From positions 58,404,001 through 58,468,000 of the forward strand of contig NC_043004.1 of NCBI RefSeq assembly GCF_006345805.1: DNA of 64,000 nucleotides. Direction: 5' to 3'. This document shows, piece by piece, positions 37,127 to 52,012 of this stretch. Each line of letters begins with the position of its first letter. Within the stretch, counting starts at the first letter, position 1. The position numbers and the translations under genes are program-made. The stretch comes from Octopus sinensis. Its lineage: Eukaryota. The notes beneath the pieces are model-generated. The model made no database searches, had not been told where the DNA came from, and saw only the letters and a program-made list of their open reading frames with translations.

Positions 37127-39221
37127 ACTAGTCATTGGGAATGACCATTTCCTGCACAAACCTAACAGAAAATGGGAATAATTATTGTGTATCCTAGTTC
37201 TGAGTATATGTTCAACATCATAACCACTATTCTTAGATATTCAGCTGTTTTCCTGACTCATTTATCTTTAATGGCTTTTTTTACCATGTAGTTATCAATT
37301 TCAATAGTCAGATCTCTGATTCGTTTAGTAAAGGTAGTCCTTCTAACTTCCATGTTCTCTCCTTGTTTGGCAGCCCTTTCAATAATATTTTGATATTTCG
37401 TTTTTGCCTGAGGCAGTGAGAACAGGTCTGCCACTATTATTTTATAAACACTTCTCACCAATGACTTATAACCCCTTCTAATACAGGCACAAGTCCTGAA
37501 ATTTTGAGAGGAGGGGGTTAGTCAATTACATCGACCCACAGTGTTCATTGACCTTGAAAGGATAAAAGACAAAATTCATCTTGGTAGAATTTGAATTAGG
37601 AATGCAAAGACAGATATAATGCTGCTAAACATCTTGGATTGCATGCTAACAATCTTGCCAGTTCTGCAATCCAATATACCTTGCTCTTCTGATCCACATG
37701 TTGCAGAACTTTGACAAACCTCCTAACTTTACACTTACCTCCTTGCCAAATGTACCGAAGGTCTAGATTTTCTTTATCTAATATTGTTTTGCTCCCACCT
37801 ATCTTCCATTTTTCTTTTCATTTTCCTATCTCTCAACATTTATGGCTCAAGCTATCACACTATCTCTTCATTATGATAACTTTATCTGGATTATGTAAAC
37901 TTGCTTCATTTGTGGAAACCTAACATTTAATTGACTGGGCTTTGTAATATGCTTTGGAGCTAATATTGGGAATTAGAGGCATTTTCCTTAATTAATAGAC
38001 TAGTACACAATGACTTACCTTCATACCAAAATCGTTATGACATCTGTGTTCTTAAGTTGAGCTGAGATGGAAATTATATCCAAGAGCATTGCTCACATAT
38101 CCCAATGTACAATAACTATAGATGCAAACTATAGCAACCCTTTCATTCATCATATGTCTTCGTTTAACATGTAAATCTGATGCCTAATTTGTAAATTAGG
38201 CCCATACTGTTACATTCATGAATTAGAGATGAGCCTGGAGTTTTTGTTATGTTCAACCATCTTCCTTTGTGTGTTTTTTTTTTGTTTTTTTTACATTGTT
38301 CTTTGGTTTTGCACTTCTACCTGGCTTCATAATGGAAGTTGAGATTTACACAATGAGTAAGCAACAAACAATACAGGAATTTAGAAGAGAACACGTGGCA
38401 AAATCAGCATAGAATCTACTGCAGCAATGTACTCTTACGGAAACTGTCAATAATCGATCAAGAAAATTTAATTACACACACAAACACACACACGCACACA
38501 CACACACACATTTATATTTATATAGTCCTGCAATATTATTAATTTTGTCGTATTACAAGTCAGAATGTTACAATTGGTTTTGTGCCCTTGTGGGCGAAAT
38601 GTTTAGCGGTATTCCGTCTGCCACTACGTTCTGAGTTCTAATTCCGCCGAGGTCGACTTTGCCTTTCATCCTTTCGGGGTCGATTAAATAAGTACTAGTT
38701 ACGCACTGGGGTCGATATAATCGACTTAATCCGTTTGTCTGTCCTTGTTTGTCCTCTCTGTGTTTAGCCCCTTGTGGGTAGTAAAGAAATAGGTATTACT
38801 TAGTACGAAACTGAATGTAGCATTCTGAAGGTAATCCTAAAATACTGAAGGCAACAGTTTTATGCCACAATGCATAATATAATGCTTGATGATATAAAAA
38901 TACACCTGCTATATTGGGCTTTTATCTTTTGTTTCTGACTTATGGGTGCTTTGTTTAGTGGTTGGTGTTAGGAAGGGCATCCAGTCACAGACCTTGCCAA
39001 AATAGCCAATTGGAACCTGGTGCAGCTCTTTGGCTTGCCAGCTCCTGTCAAACCATCCAACCCAGGCCAGCAGGGAAAGCTGACATTGAGTGATGATGAT
39101 GATGATGATGATGATGATAATGATGATGATGATAAATATACACACACACACACAGATAGATAGATAGATAGAAAGATAGATACAGTTCTATATTTAAGAG
39201 ATGAGGAATTAAGTACATTAT

Positions 39222-39692
39222 TTACATTATTTACATTTGACGGATATTTGCCCTCATCGTGTTTGTTGTAAATGCAACATTTTGGCTTATATACTCTCCA
39301 GCCTTCATCAGGTGTCTTGGGGAAATTTCGAAACTGGGTTCTCATTCCTAAGGTATTTTTCGATGTTATTATTATTATTCAGGTCAGTGCCTGGAATCAA
39401 ACTCGGAATCTTGGGGTTAGTAGCCCGCACACTTAACCACTACACCATATGCCCGTGGCCACAGGCATATGGTGTAGTGTTTAAGAGCATGGGCTACTAA
39501 CCCCAAGATTCCGAGTTTGATTCCAGGCACTGACCTGAATAATAATAATAACATCGAAAAATACCTTAGGAATGAGAACCCAGTTTCGAAATTTCCCCAA
39601 GACATCTGAAGAAGGCTGTAGGGTATATCAGCCGAAATGTTATGTTAACAAACAAGATGAGGACAAATATCTATTGAATGTAAATAATGTAG
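39222..39692. repeat. Head-to-head palindrome of a tRNA-headed element (arms ~235 bp, no spacer, centre 39458/39459)
   Basis: ...accactacaccatatgcccgtgg|ccacaggcatatggtgtagtg...; arms complementary out to tgtaaataatgta. Confidence 0.9.
39601..39646 (+). ncRNA. Minimal hammerhead motif in the tail of a tRNA-headed element
   Basis: GACAU-CUGAAGA-A-GGCUG(loop)CAGCC-GAAA-UG-UU-AUGUU. Confidence 0.55.
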
Positions 39693-40513
39693 AAAGACAG
39701 ACAGACAGACAGATAGATAGATATTAGTATTATTATTAAAAACCACAAGGAGTTTTGTGAATTTAGCTCCTCAGGCTAAAATATTAATCCCTTTATAATG
39801 TTGGTAAAAACAAAGAAGACAATATAGTAACTGTATTTCATGTAATCAAGATTTGAATAAGCAAGTTCATTTAGAAAAAGACAAAGATCAATCAAGAGGA
39901 GATGCTTAACTGCACAGGAAATAAAACTAGTGTTTAATGCACATCAAAAATTATGTAAACCAACACTGAAATGTATTATGGGGTGACTGGTGGTTTATCC
40001 TTAACTCCTGCTAAGATGTATTTTTAAAATGTGGGCATGAAGAAAGAATCTCGCTTTTGGTATTTATACAGTCCCTGGAGGTTCTTAAGTTTTTTTAAAG
40101 AATACATTGTTTCAAGCCAGCATATGGAACATCATTTTTACCTGTTAATATAAGGTTTGATCTTAGAAAGAATCTTCCATTTGCTGTTGTTGATGCTCTT
40201 ACCCTTAAGGCTCCAGATTAATGCCAAGAGAATTGTTGCGTGTCTCTTCTCAAGATGTCTGGAGGTAGAAAGATGGTTGTTGTGTCTGGATTCAGATTTT
40301 CATTCCACAGACCTTATACAGTGTTATTACATCTTCGCCAAATTAATTTGTCTGCATTTTGGTTTATCATAAAAGTCAGATTTATGGTCTACCAGAATAA
40401 TGAAAGTTTCTCTCTTATCTAGGCATTCAGTTCTATCTATGCTGAATGTTTTAGCAAGGGCTTAGGTTCTAGGTTAATAAAGTTATAAGTATCTATGTCA
40501 GATTACTAGTATA

Positions 40514-40731
40514 TACTCTTTTACTCTTTTACTTGTTTCAGTCATTTGACTGCGGCCATGCTGGAGCACTGCCTTTAGTCGAGCAAATCGACCCCGGGAC
40601 TTATTCTTTGTAAGCCCAGTACTTATTCTATCGGTCTCTTTTGTCGAACCGCTAAGTGACAGGGATGTAAACACATCAGCATCAGTTGTCAAGCAATGCT
40701 AGGGGGACAAACACAGACACACAAACACACG

Positions 40732-40788
<57 letters not shown>

Positions 40789-40972
40789 TATATATATATA
40801 CATATATACGACAGGCTTCTTTTAGTTTCCGTCTACCAAATCCACTCACAAGGCATTGGTCGGCCCGGGGTTATAGCAGAAGACACTTGCCCAAGATGCC
40901 ACGCAGTGGGACTGAACCCGGAACCATGTAGTTGGTTAGCAAGCTACTTACCACACAGCCACTCCTGCACCT
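40514..40972 (-). mobile_element. SINE family B, full length
   Basis: Reverse complement of the 36708 copy. Confidence 0.9.
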
Positions 40973-41114
40973 TATATATATATTATAAATGGGGAAGGCC
41001 CAGTTTATGGGATTACCTTAGGTTTCCCACCCATAAAGGGTCTAGCTTTATGGCATATTTTCATATCTATATATATCTGATCTGTTCTTGGCCCCCTTTT
41101 ATTTGTTGCATATG

Positions 41115-42127
41115 TTAATGACATAGATGCCAACTTAAAGAATGCCACAGTGCTGAAATATGCAGACAACATCAAGCTGTACCTCGAAATAAAGAGGTCA
41201 GATCCTGTACACTATAGATCTTTATTGCAATCAGACCTGGACACAATGCAGAAGTGGATCATGGACTGGCAACTCAAGCTGGCTGTGGACAAATGTAACA
41301 CCGTGCATTTTGGGAGAAAAACCCAGTGTCTACTTACTCCCTCCACAACTCTAATGTCAAAAAGTCTTCGTGTGAACGTGACCTGGGTGTTATTGTCGAC
41401 AGCGATTTGCGTTGGACAAAACACATCGCTAAAATTGCCAAGAATGCTGAGGGTGTCTTGGCATCCCTCACCAAGTCCTTTGTGAGCCGCTCTCCAGCTA
41501 TCTATCTGCGGCTTTATATAGCTATGGTAAGACCTCACCTGGAATTTGCATCACCGGTCTGGAACCCCTATCTTGCCCAGGATATTAATCGTCTGGAAGC
41601 TGTTCAGTGACGTGCAACCAAAAGAATACCCTCCATCAGGCATTTGCCATATTCTGAACGCGTTACTTCCCTGGGCATGGACACATTGAAACTCCGACAT
41701 CTGGCAGACACCCATAAAATTATTAAATTATTAACCATCTTACAAACATTAACTCTGAGCACCTTTTCAAACTCCACCTGTCTAACACCCGTGGACATAT
41801 TTACAAAGTCAGAAAACAGCACAGCTCCCATGACTTTTGGAAACATTTTTTCACGCTGAGAGTTGCTGAAGCATGGAACAAACTGCCAGCATCAGTTGTT
41901 AGTTGTCGGAGCACTGCATCCTTCAAAACTTCCATGCTTTCTGAGATTCGCCAACACTACACCTGATTTTCTCCCCTCCATACACCCACAAGAATGTATC
42001 TGACTCATACATTGTTCGCTTTCCAAACATTTGTACATTACTGCATATACTTTATACGCACTTTCTGACAAGTTGTGGTGCACCCAAGCACTGTATACAA
42101 TAATTTCATTATTATTATTATTATAAT
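41115..42127 (+). pseudogene. 5'-truncated CR1/L2-group LINE (RT C-terminal half, 3' UTR, (ATT)n tail)
   Basis: KYADNIKLY (decayed YADD), DLDTMQKWIMDWQLKLAVDKC, ERDLGVIVDSDL, LYIAMVRPHLEFASPVWNPY, RLEAVQ*RATK; frameshifts and stops. Confidence 0.9.
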
Positions 42128-42151
42128 ATGCCATGAAGCTATATATATACG

Positions 42152-42474
42152 TGAAGGTGCATGACTTAGTGGTTAGGTTGTTTGGCTCACAATCATAAGG
42201 TTGAGAGTTTGATTCCCAGCACCAAGTTGTATCCTTGAGCAAGACACTTTATTTCACATTACTCCAGTCCACTCAGCTGGCAAAAATGAGTAGTACATGT
42301 ATTTCAAAAGGTCAGCCTTAGCACACTCTGTGTCATACTGAATCTCCCTGAGAAATATGTGAAGGGTACACATGTCTGTGGAGTACTCAGCCACTTGCAT
42401 GCTAATCTCATAAGCAGCTTTTTCCATTGTTTGGATCAACTGGAACCCTGTTTATGATAAGCAATGCACTACCA

Positions 42475-42475
<1 letters not shown>
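42152..42475 (+). mobile_element. Older tRNA-derived SINE sharing the family A 3' half but with a different head
   Basis: gaaggtgcatgacttagtggttagg head, ttgagcaagacacttta core, then the tgtctgtggagtactcagccac...ggatcaactggaaccc tail of family A. Confidence 0.65.
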
Positions 42476-42512
<37 letters not shown>

Positions 42513-43789
42513 GCTCCCCCACTCAGTTGAGGGGTCTGGTAAATTATTTGGTAAGAAGCACCCAGAACGTACACTTTGTAAAGTGGTTGGCATTAGGAAA
42601 GGTATCCAACTGTAGAAACTATGATGAAACAGACACTAGAGTTTGGTGTAGTCTTCTGATCTGCTACTTCCTGTCAAACTGCCCACTTCATACCAGTATG
42701 AAAAATGGATCTTAAATGATGATGATGACATTTGGTGGTGTCAAATGAAATTTCTAAATTCTCAATTTTATCTCAATGATGTAGTGAGTTATTTTGAATT
42801 TAGATGGTTTAATATATATAAACCAACTGGATCACATATATCCACACTATCATATAAACCCAATGGAATATTGAATATGTCACAAGTGTTATCTGTTTTG
42901 GTCCAAATAGATCTGCTTTTAAATAAGAGTGTTTTACATGCATACATAACGAGGTTCATTTCTTTCTCATTAATGATTTTTATTTTAAATCTATCAAAAA
43001 ATTGCCCTGCATGTAAGGCAGCTATATTACGAATGGGAGACCAAGTGTTGTAGGCTAGAGGGCTGAATTAACATAAGTCTAAGTCTACTAGACACAATAC
43101 TAGTTATAAATATTAAGTATTGAAAACAAGCTGGAATATCACATTGCTTGTTCGGTTTTGTAGAGAGGTCACATCATCTCATTATACCCACTTCCCCAGC
43201 ATACATAATGCACAACTGATATATGTCTTACATCATTTAATAACCATGTTACTTTTAAGAAACATTTTTAATTACCGGAACGAAAACTCTCCTACAAAGA
43301 TGAAAGGAATTTTAAACTTTCATTTTCCTGTCAATGAGTGGATGACAACAAAACCATAGCAATGTAGCACCATCCTGGATGCTGAATGCAGTAACACAAA
43401 ACATAATAACCAAAAATACAAGTTTTACATCCTGTCTGGCAATTTTCTTGGCCAAAATAAATACAAAATCTTCTGAAGGAAGATAAAGTTCAAATATAGT
43501 ACTAAATTTATGATAAATTTGAGGTTTCATATTCTATTCTAGTATACTGTCACAGTATATGATTCTCTTTATTTACATAAACACAATCACACTTTTCCTT
43601 ATAAAACCACTTTAAAATATTTTTCAGTAAGTGTAGGATGGCACTTTTTATCTTTGCTTTGCCATAAAATATACTTGCAAAATAAGGGTGCATCATATGT
43701 GAAAGTGTATCTTATATGCTTGCAAATATGGTATGAATGTGGTTGTGTGTGCTCATCATAATTATCGTTATATGTCTGTTTTTACTGCT

Positions 43790-46650
43790 GACACAGATTG
43801 TCTCGGCCTTTTCCTGCATAGTGTCTTACCACTTGTGGTACTCTGTCATGCAATTCAGCCTCCCTGAGACCATCTTCCACCAATTCCTTTCTTGCCTTCC
43901 TTGGTCTTCCTCTTTGGTTCTTCGAGCTTGAATTGCTTAGTACTTCTTTACTCATCTCTTATCGACCATGTGTATTACATATCTGTACCGGCTCAGTCTT
44001 GATTCCTACTGTACCTGTTTGTTTTTTCTCTCAATTAATTCATTCTCCCTCATTCATACACACCAACATTACACACAATCAGCAGAGCAAACTTGTCTCA
44101 TTTCTCTATCTGCATTCAGTGCCCAAGCTTCACTTTCATTCAACATTCTATTTCTTCCACATGCATTACACAATTTGCCCTTTGCTCACAGAGAGAATCC
44201 CACTTTTATTTTTAGTCTGGCTACTGTACCATCAGAACACTCTTTTCCTCTACCAACTGGGTAACAAAAGTTATCAACTAGAATCCTCTGAATATTTAAA
44301 AAGAATTTATTTTATGGGAGCTCTTACTGCTAATCTCTCATGTGCATCTGCTACATGCAAGATCCTTCTTCTCTGTCAGCATGTCTATATTCCTACTGCA
44401 TCTCATGTGCACCCCATATTTTACATTGGGTATGCTCTCTGACATTCTTACCTCTTCCTCCTTCTGCATATCGAGCATGGCCACTTCCTTGGTGGCATCT
44501 GAGTCCTATCCTCTTTTCATGTGAACTAAAACTTTTGTCTCTGCTCGGTTTTCTTAAAGACTTCTTGATTCTAGGCTTTGCTTCCAAATTTTGGAATGTC
44601 TTCTATAATTCTTCAACAGATCCAGCTCTGGGGACCAGGTCATCATCATGCAGAAGTTCACAGGGACAACCAGTTTTAAACTTGCAATGTTATGGGCTGG
44701 AAATGTTTTTAAAAAAGGAATTTGTGTTGAAAATGGAAACTTGATTGACACCTACCTACACACTAAATTCCAAATTGAACTTGTTGCTAACTCTTTCACC
44801 CTGACGACAGCATTTCTATACATGGCTTGCATGGCTCTCACAAGCCATTTATGTGTATTTACTTTCATTAGCAACTATCAAACTGCAGAGTGTGGTACCC
44901 TGTCACTCTGACAAAAACCTTCACCAGATAAGTGAATACTAGGTCTTTATATATAAATATATGTTGCTCTTTGCTTAGATTTTCTTCCAAAGTTGTCTCA
45001 TTAAGAGAGAATCAACACTGGACCATCTAATACAAACCCAGACAGCATCTTATCTGAATTAAATTTCTTCTTAAAATGTTGTACTATGACGCTTTCTATT
45101 ACTTTATCAGTTTGATGCTCTATAACTGCTTGATGGTTGAGCATCTCTTATGTCCCTGTTACAACTGATGATGATAGTACAACACCAACTATTGGGTATC
45201 ACATTTTCCTGTACTATTTGATTTGCTATGTGAGTAACTAGCCCACGTCTTCACCGGCTGCTTTCCCTTCACCTCTCTTAATATCCTTAATCATGCTTTC
45301 AATCATATAGCTTGCAATTTCAGTAGTGGTCCCACTGTTAGTTCTTCTTGAGGTAGAAATGCTGTCTCCCTAAAGCCCCCTTGAATAGTATTTGGGTAGA
45401 GCTTTACTTAATTTTTCTCTCCTTGCTAAGCAAAATTGTCATCTAACATCTCGTCTACCTATCTGATAATACTCTTTGTTCCTGTCTTTCTTCCATTCTT
45501 TCCAGGTCTGGCTCTGAGATACTCTGGCTCCATCTGCCTCATTATTCCACTTTATTACCTTTGTCTGGCTGTAATCTTACTCCGTGTAGAGATCTGGTCT
45601 GCAGCTTGCAGCAGGTTGGGTCATAGAAACACCTGGTTGCCCTCTATGTTATAGATCTCTAACTCTTCCCTCCCTCTGCACAACATATGTATCACTTACA
45701 ACTTTGAACCTACATTTGGCTGAGGAATATTTCAGATCCCATATCTTTTTGATCTAGATTGCTTCTGGATCTCTGGGGATCTTACACTAATCTTACTCAC
45801 TCCTAGCCTATGTTGAGTCATACATGAAATACCTAGTATTCACAACCATCTTTCTATCCCATTTCCTGTTTTGTATGAAGTCCATCTGGGGTACATGTTA
45901 ACCTGAGTTGTAGGTGACCTGGTTGATGGCTGGTTTTCTGAAGTTAGTGTTGCAAATATCTCAGAACTTCAAATGCCTTGCTTCCTCTTCATTCTGTGCA
46001 TCGTAGCCTTCACAGGCATCAGAATAGCTATCATGGTGTTGCTCAACATCTTCAATGAAGTCAGCACTATCAATAATGAGATTGGTGTAGTCTGTTATGA
46101 AGGTAGTCTACAAGATGATCTCCCAGAAATGATCCTTTTATTCATCGCTCAGTTCTGAAAGTGGTACATAATCTGAAATCACTGATATTGTCATGTTGTT
46201 TGTAACTAATTTGCCACATACTCTGACTACCTCAGTTTCCCTTATCCATTTTCTGCCAACAATATGCCTAGTCATCCACTCAGGTACTGTTATCCACCCA
46301 GAAAATTTTCTACCTGTGTTCCTTGCCTGTGGAGAGTTTGACTGAGGTTGCATTCCATCTTACCACTTGTTCACAGCACACATCTACACACATCTTTGCT
46401 CTAGCATCTCTACAATCTATCCAGACTTATCTTCTGTCATGCCAGTGTTGATGGTGGAAGCCCTGAAGTTTTTGCACCCTTCATGGAGAGGAAAGTTTCT
46501 TGTGGTATTTTGGTTGTTTGGTGTCTATATTCTGCATCTGAAAGAAAGAGAGTTGGTGCTATCAGTTGATGACGGACGAAAGGGTTCTCACACATGGCCA
46601 AATGTTTCCACCTGTCCTCTACACTACCGTGCACAGCACTAACATGGTAA
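43790..46650 (-). pseudogene. Degenerate near-full RTE-clade LINE (endonuclease and RT)
   Basis: Minus strand: ILLAEKW-like and ICNTNFRKP..VTY (endonuclease), KWLVRAMQAMYRNAV and KTGCPCELLHDDDLV (decayed GCPWELLYADDL), RGRPRK near the 3' end. Confidence 0.8.
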
Positions 46651-47848
46651 GTGTTAGCCCTGTATACACAAGTAAGGTTTTTTTATTGATTTGATTGTCA
46701 TGTTTTTGACATGATTTTTTTACAGCTTGATGACCTGCCTATTGTAAACCACATTATATTGTGCACCTCAGACCAAGGAGATTGTCTGAGTGATCTGAAG
46801 TGTACCCTTTATCCTCTATCAGCTTAAATTAGTTTCAACTCTCTTAGTCAGCTTGAATTCACTAGGGAAACCTTCATTATAAAAACCTTCATTATAGATT
46901 TGTATTTAGAGTTATCATTCTCTTATTGTTTCGACAGTGATTAATGATATTCCCCACCCATGCCAACATGGATCGTAAACGTTAAACAATAATGATGATG
47001 ATGACGATGACAGTTCTGCAAAAAAGAGGTGGTTTGCCATCTCTACTGCTTTCAGAGTTTGTGTTTCCTCCAAGGTATAGGTAGCATAGACTACCAGCTT
47101 ATTGAGACCATCCTGAAACTGACACAGTTTACTTTTAAGACTGTCTTAAATAGTTGGAAAGATGCTGTTATTCCAGCACAGATGGAAAAGGATATATATA
47201 CGTGTGTGTGTGTGTATGTGAGTGTGTATGTGTAAATAGATAGATAGACGGACAAACAGATAGACAGCTAGATAGATACATGCACACAACACACATACAC
47301 AAGAAAGATTATTTTAATGTTTATTTTGATATATAAATCTCTGTTTTAAATTAAATTTTTTTTTAATAATTTTTGTATTCATTCTGGAACCTGTTTTAGT
47401 TTACAATTATCTCCCTTCCCCTCATTCAGGAGAAAAGCAGAGGGTGAATATAGTTTCAAGCGCCCTCATGTAAATTTATTAACCAATGTGTTTATGTTTA
47501 TATCTGTGTGCACGTTTGTGGTTTATTAGGATCGATATTATTTACTTGATTCAGGGTGGTGAACTAATATTCAAATAGAACTTAATGTATAATAGTAATA
47601 CTAATAAAAGGCACACATACACACGCAGAGGGTCAAAAACGAATTCATACATATATAGACATATATATGTAATGTAGGAAGGGCATTGGCATTAGGAAGT
47701 GCATCCAGCCATAGAAATCATACCAAAACAGACATGGAGCTTGAACAGCCCTTCAGCTAGTCAGCTCCTGTCAAACTGTCCAACCCATGCCAACATGGAA
47801 AACAGGCATTAAATGATGAGATGACGATGATGATGATGATATATATAT

Positions 47849-48322
47849 ATCTTTATATATAAAACTGAAGTTGTGTGAGAGTTGTATATCAGACGAAACA
47901 CTTATAGCACGAGTTATCTGTATGCTCAAGTCTAAGAAAAGTTTTAAAGTATTATGAGCATCAAATATTCTGAAAATGATAAATCAGCATGAAAACCCAT
48001 GCAGAAGGTTATGATATTCATTATATATAAAAGTGAGGTTGTGTGCTGTCTGTCTCCTACGATTTAGATTCCTAACTACTCCCACATTTTGCGGTGCAGT
48101 TTAACCAAAAGCGGGTATCTTATAGTCGTGATTGATATCGAGCCCTTCTGGGTATTAGCACGCATCTACGATGAGTCTACGATTTAAAAAAAAATTTACC
48201 ATCATTTTTTCGGATTTTTAATGCATTTTTTGCTCAGTTTATATAAGGGAAGTAACTCTCTAAAAATGCTTGTATAGTTATTTCCCTTACACACCCGAGC
48301 AACGCCGGGCGATACTGCTAGT
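47849..48322 (-). mobile_element. Second copy of the Helentron-like element, with a duplicated 3' end and a 141-bp foreign insert
   Basis: 48026-48322 matches 13040-13340; 47849-47884 repeats the terminal atctttatatataaaactgaagttgtgtg. Confidence 0.6.
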
Positions 48323-48789
48323 ATGTATATATATATATATACATATATATATTATATAGATAGATTGATTGAAAGATGGATGGATAGTATATATTTGTGT
48401 GTGTGAATGTATGTGTGTGTGCGCAATATGTATAATGTGTATGTGTGTGTATACCATTTTCCTGATATAATGTGATGATTTTTAAATGAGTATCACCAAT
48501 CATACAAGCAATGTTATTCATTTTCAATCTTCCATGGAGATCATATCTGTTTAACAGATGAGGGTTTGTGACAGGGAGTGCATCCAACTGGATAAAATTC
48601 TGCTTCAACAAATTCCGTTTATTCCAATCAAGCATGAAAAAGTGGACATTAGATGATGATGCCCAATCTAGCCAAATGGTTTAGAAGTTCAATTTGCTAC
48701 TACGTAGACCCATGTTCAGTCCCACTGTGTGATCTGTACATGTGTGTGTGGGATTTGTCTACATTTGTTAAATTGTAAATCAACAGAAC

Positions 48790-49513
<724 letters not shown>

Positions 49514-51184
49514 AGAGCCATATACTGATTTCAAATTTTGGCACAAAGCCAGCAATTTCAGGAGGATGGAATAAATCAATTACATCAACCCCTGTACTCA
49601 ACTGTTACTTATTTTCTTGACCTCAGGATAAAAGGTGAAGTCAACCTTGGTAGAATTTGAACTCAGAACAGGAATATGGACAAAATTCTTATTTCTTTAT
49701 TACCTACAAGGGGCTAAACATAGAGGGGACAAACAAGGACAAACAAAAGGATTAAGTCGATTACATTGACACCAGTGTGTAACTGGTACTTAATTTATCG
49801 ACCCTGAAAGGATGAAAGGCAAAGTTGACCTCGGCGGAATTTGAACAAGGACGGACAAAAGGATTAAGTCGATTACATTGAAACCAGTGTGTAACTGGTA
49901 CTTAATTTATCGACCCTGAAAGGATGAAAGGCAAAGTTGACCTTGGCGGAATTTGAACTCAGAACATAACGGCACATGAAATACCGATCAGCATTTTGCC
50001 CGGCATGCTAACTTTTCTGCCAGCTCACCACCTTCAATATGGACAAAATTCTGCTAAGCATTTTGCCTGATGTGCTAACGATTCTGCCAATTTGCTGCCT
50101 TAAACTGAACCACATACTGCTAGCTAACACATATGTTGCATGTACATATGTTGTATGGGTCTGGGTAGCAGTTATGAAAGAGATCCCTTCATTCTCTTGG
50201 AAGGTGGTAAAAATACCATATTGCCTGGTTCAGAACCACTGTAATTGTCTTCAGTGGTTTTGGACCTGTTGCATGAACTGGTGCCCTCTACACTCCCCTA
50301 AAGGCCAAAAGACAAAAGAAGCTTGGAAACAAAGGATACTACTTTCATGATGGTAAGATTCATTTGCACACACATAAACAAAGACTCACATACACTCACT
50401 CACACACACATACACACACACACACACACACAACACATACACTCACTCCCAAATAACACATATATGCACACACGCACACATATGTGGTGAACTTCTTTCA
50501 GTTTGCATTTTGTCACTTACCAAATCCATTTACAAGGATTTGGTTGGCCTAGGACTATAGTAGAAGGCACTTGCTCAAAGTGCATGTTCTGGACCTGAAC
50601 CTGAAACCATGTGGTCAGCAAGCAAACTACTCAGCACACAGCCATGCTTGCACCTGTTAAAAAAAGTCGCTTCCACTGTTGTTATTATTATATTTAACTC
50701 TAAAGGCAGTGAGCTGGCAGAATCATTAGCATGGCAGGTAAAATGCTTAACAGCATTTCGTATGTTTTGAGTTCAAATTCAGTCAAGGTCAACTTTGCCT
50801 TTCATCCCTCCAGGGTGGATAAAAGTACTAACAGCTATGTACCAGGGTCAAGGTAATTGATTTACGCCCTCCCCTACAAAAAATTTCAGGACTTGTGCCT
50901 ATAGTAGAAAGGATTATTATGTTTAACTCTTGGGTGAGCTAGCAGAATTGTTAGCATGTCAAACAAGATGCTTAATGGTATTTCATCCATCTTTACATTC
51001 TGAGTTCAAATTTCACTGAGGTCGACTTTACCAGGACCAATAAAATAAGTACCAGTTGAACACTAGAATCGATATAATCACCTTACTCCTTCCCCTCCGA
51101 AATTGCTGGCCTTGTACCAAAATTTGAAACAATTCTGATATTTAACTCTGGTTTATTGATTTAGTACCATCGCATAATATTTGC

Positions 51185-51569
51185 GTGGAGGCGCAATGGC
51201 CCAGTGGTTAGGGCAGTGGACTCGCGGTCGTAGGATCGCGGTTTCGATTCCCAGACCGGGTGTTGTGAGTGTTTATTGAGCGAAAACACCTAAAGCTCCA
51301 CGAGGCTCCGGCAGGGGATGGTGGTGATCCCTGCTGTACTCTTTCACCACAACTTTCTCTCACTCTTACTTCCTGTTTCTGTTGTACCTGTATTTCAAAA
51401 AGCCAGCCTTGTCACTCTCTGTGTCACGCTGAAAATCCCCAAGAACTACATTAAGGGTACACGTGTCTGTGGAGTGCTCAGCCACTTACACGTTAATTTC
51501 ACGAGCAGGCTCTTCCATTGATTCGGATCAACCAGAACCCTCATCATCATAACCGACGGAGTGCTTCCA
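51185..51569 (+). mobile_element. tRNA-derived SINE, family A, with 12-bp TSD
   Basis: TSD cataatatttgc at 51173-51184 and 51570-51581. Confidence 0.9.
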
Positions 51570-51689
51570 CATAATATTTGCACAAACAAGTATATATATG
51601 TGTTTGTATGAGTGTATGTGTGTGTCAGTGTGTCTGCTCGTACATAGATGTGAGTGTGTATTTGATGTCTGCTCAGTCACGTATTTGCT

Positions 51690-51802
51690 ACATTATTTAC
51701 TGGTACATATAAACCTATCTTCCATGCTATACACCTGTAAGTTGACCCTGGTCAACTTACAGGTACAGCATGGTGTCAAGCGATGGTGGGGGGACAAACA
51801 CA

Positions 51803-51860
<58 letters not shown>

Positions 51861-52012
51861 ACAAGCTTTCAGTTTCTGTCTACCAAATCCACTCACAAAG
51901 CTTTGGTTGGCCTGAGGCTATAGTAGAAGATACTTGCCCAAGGTGCCACTCAGTGGGACTGAACCCAGAACCACGTGGTTGGAATGCAAACTTCTTACCA
52001 CACAGTGACTCC
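51690..52012 (-). mobile_element. SINE family B, rearranged or partial
   Basis: tctaccaaatccactcacaaag...cagtgggactgaaccc blocks. Confidence 0.7.
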
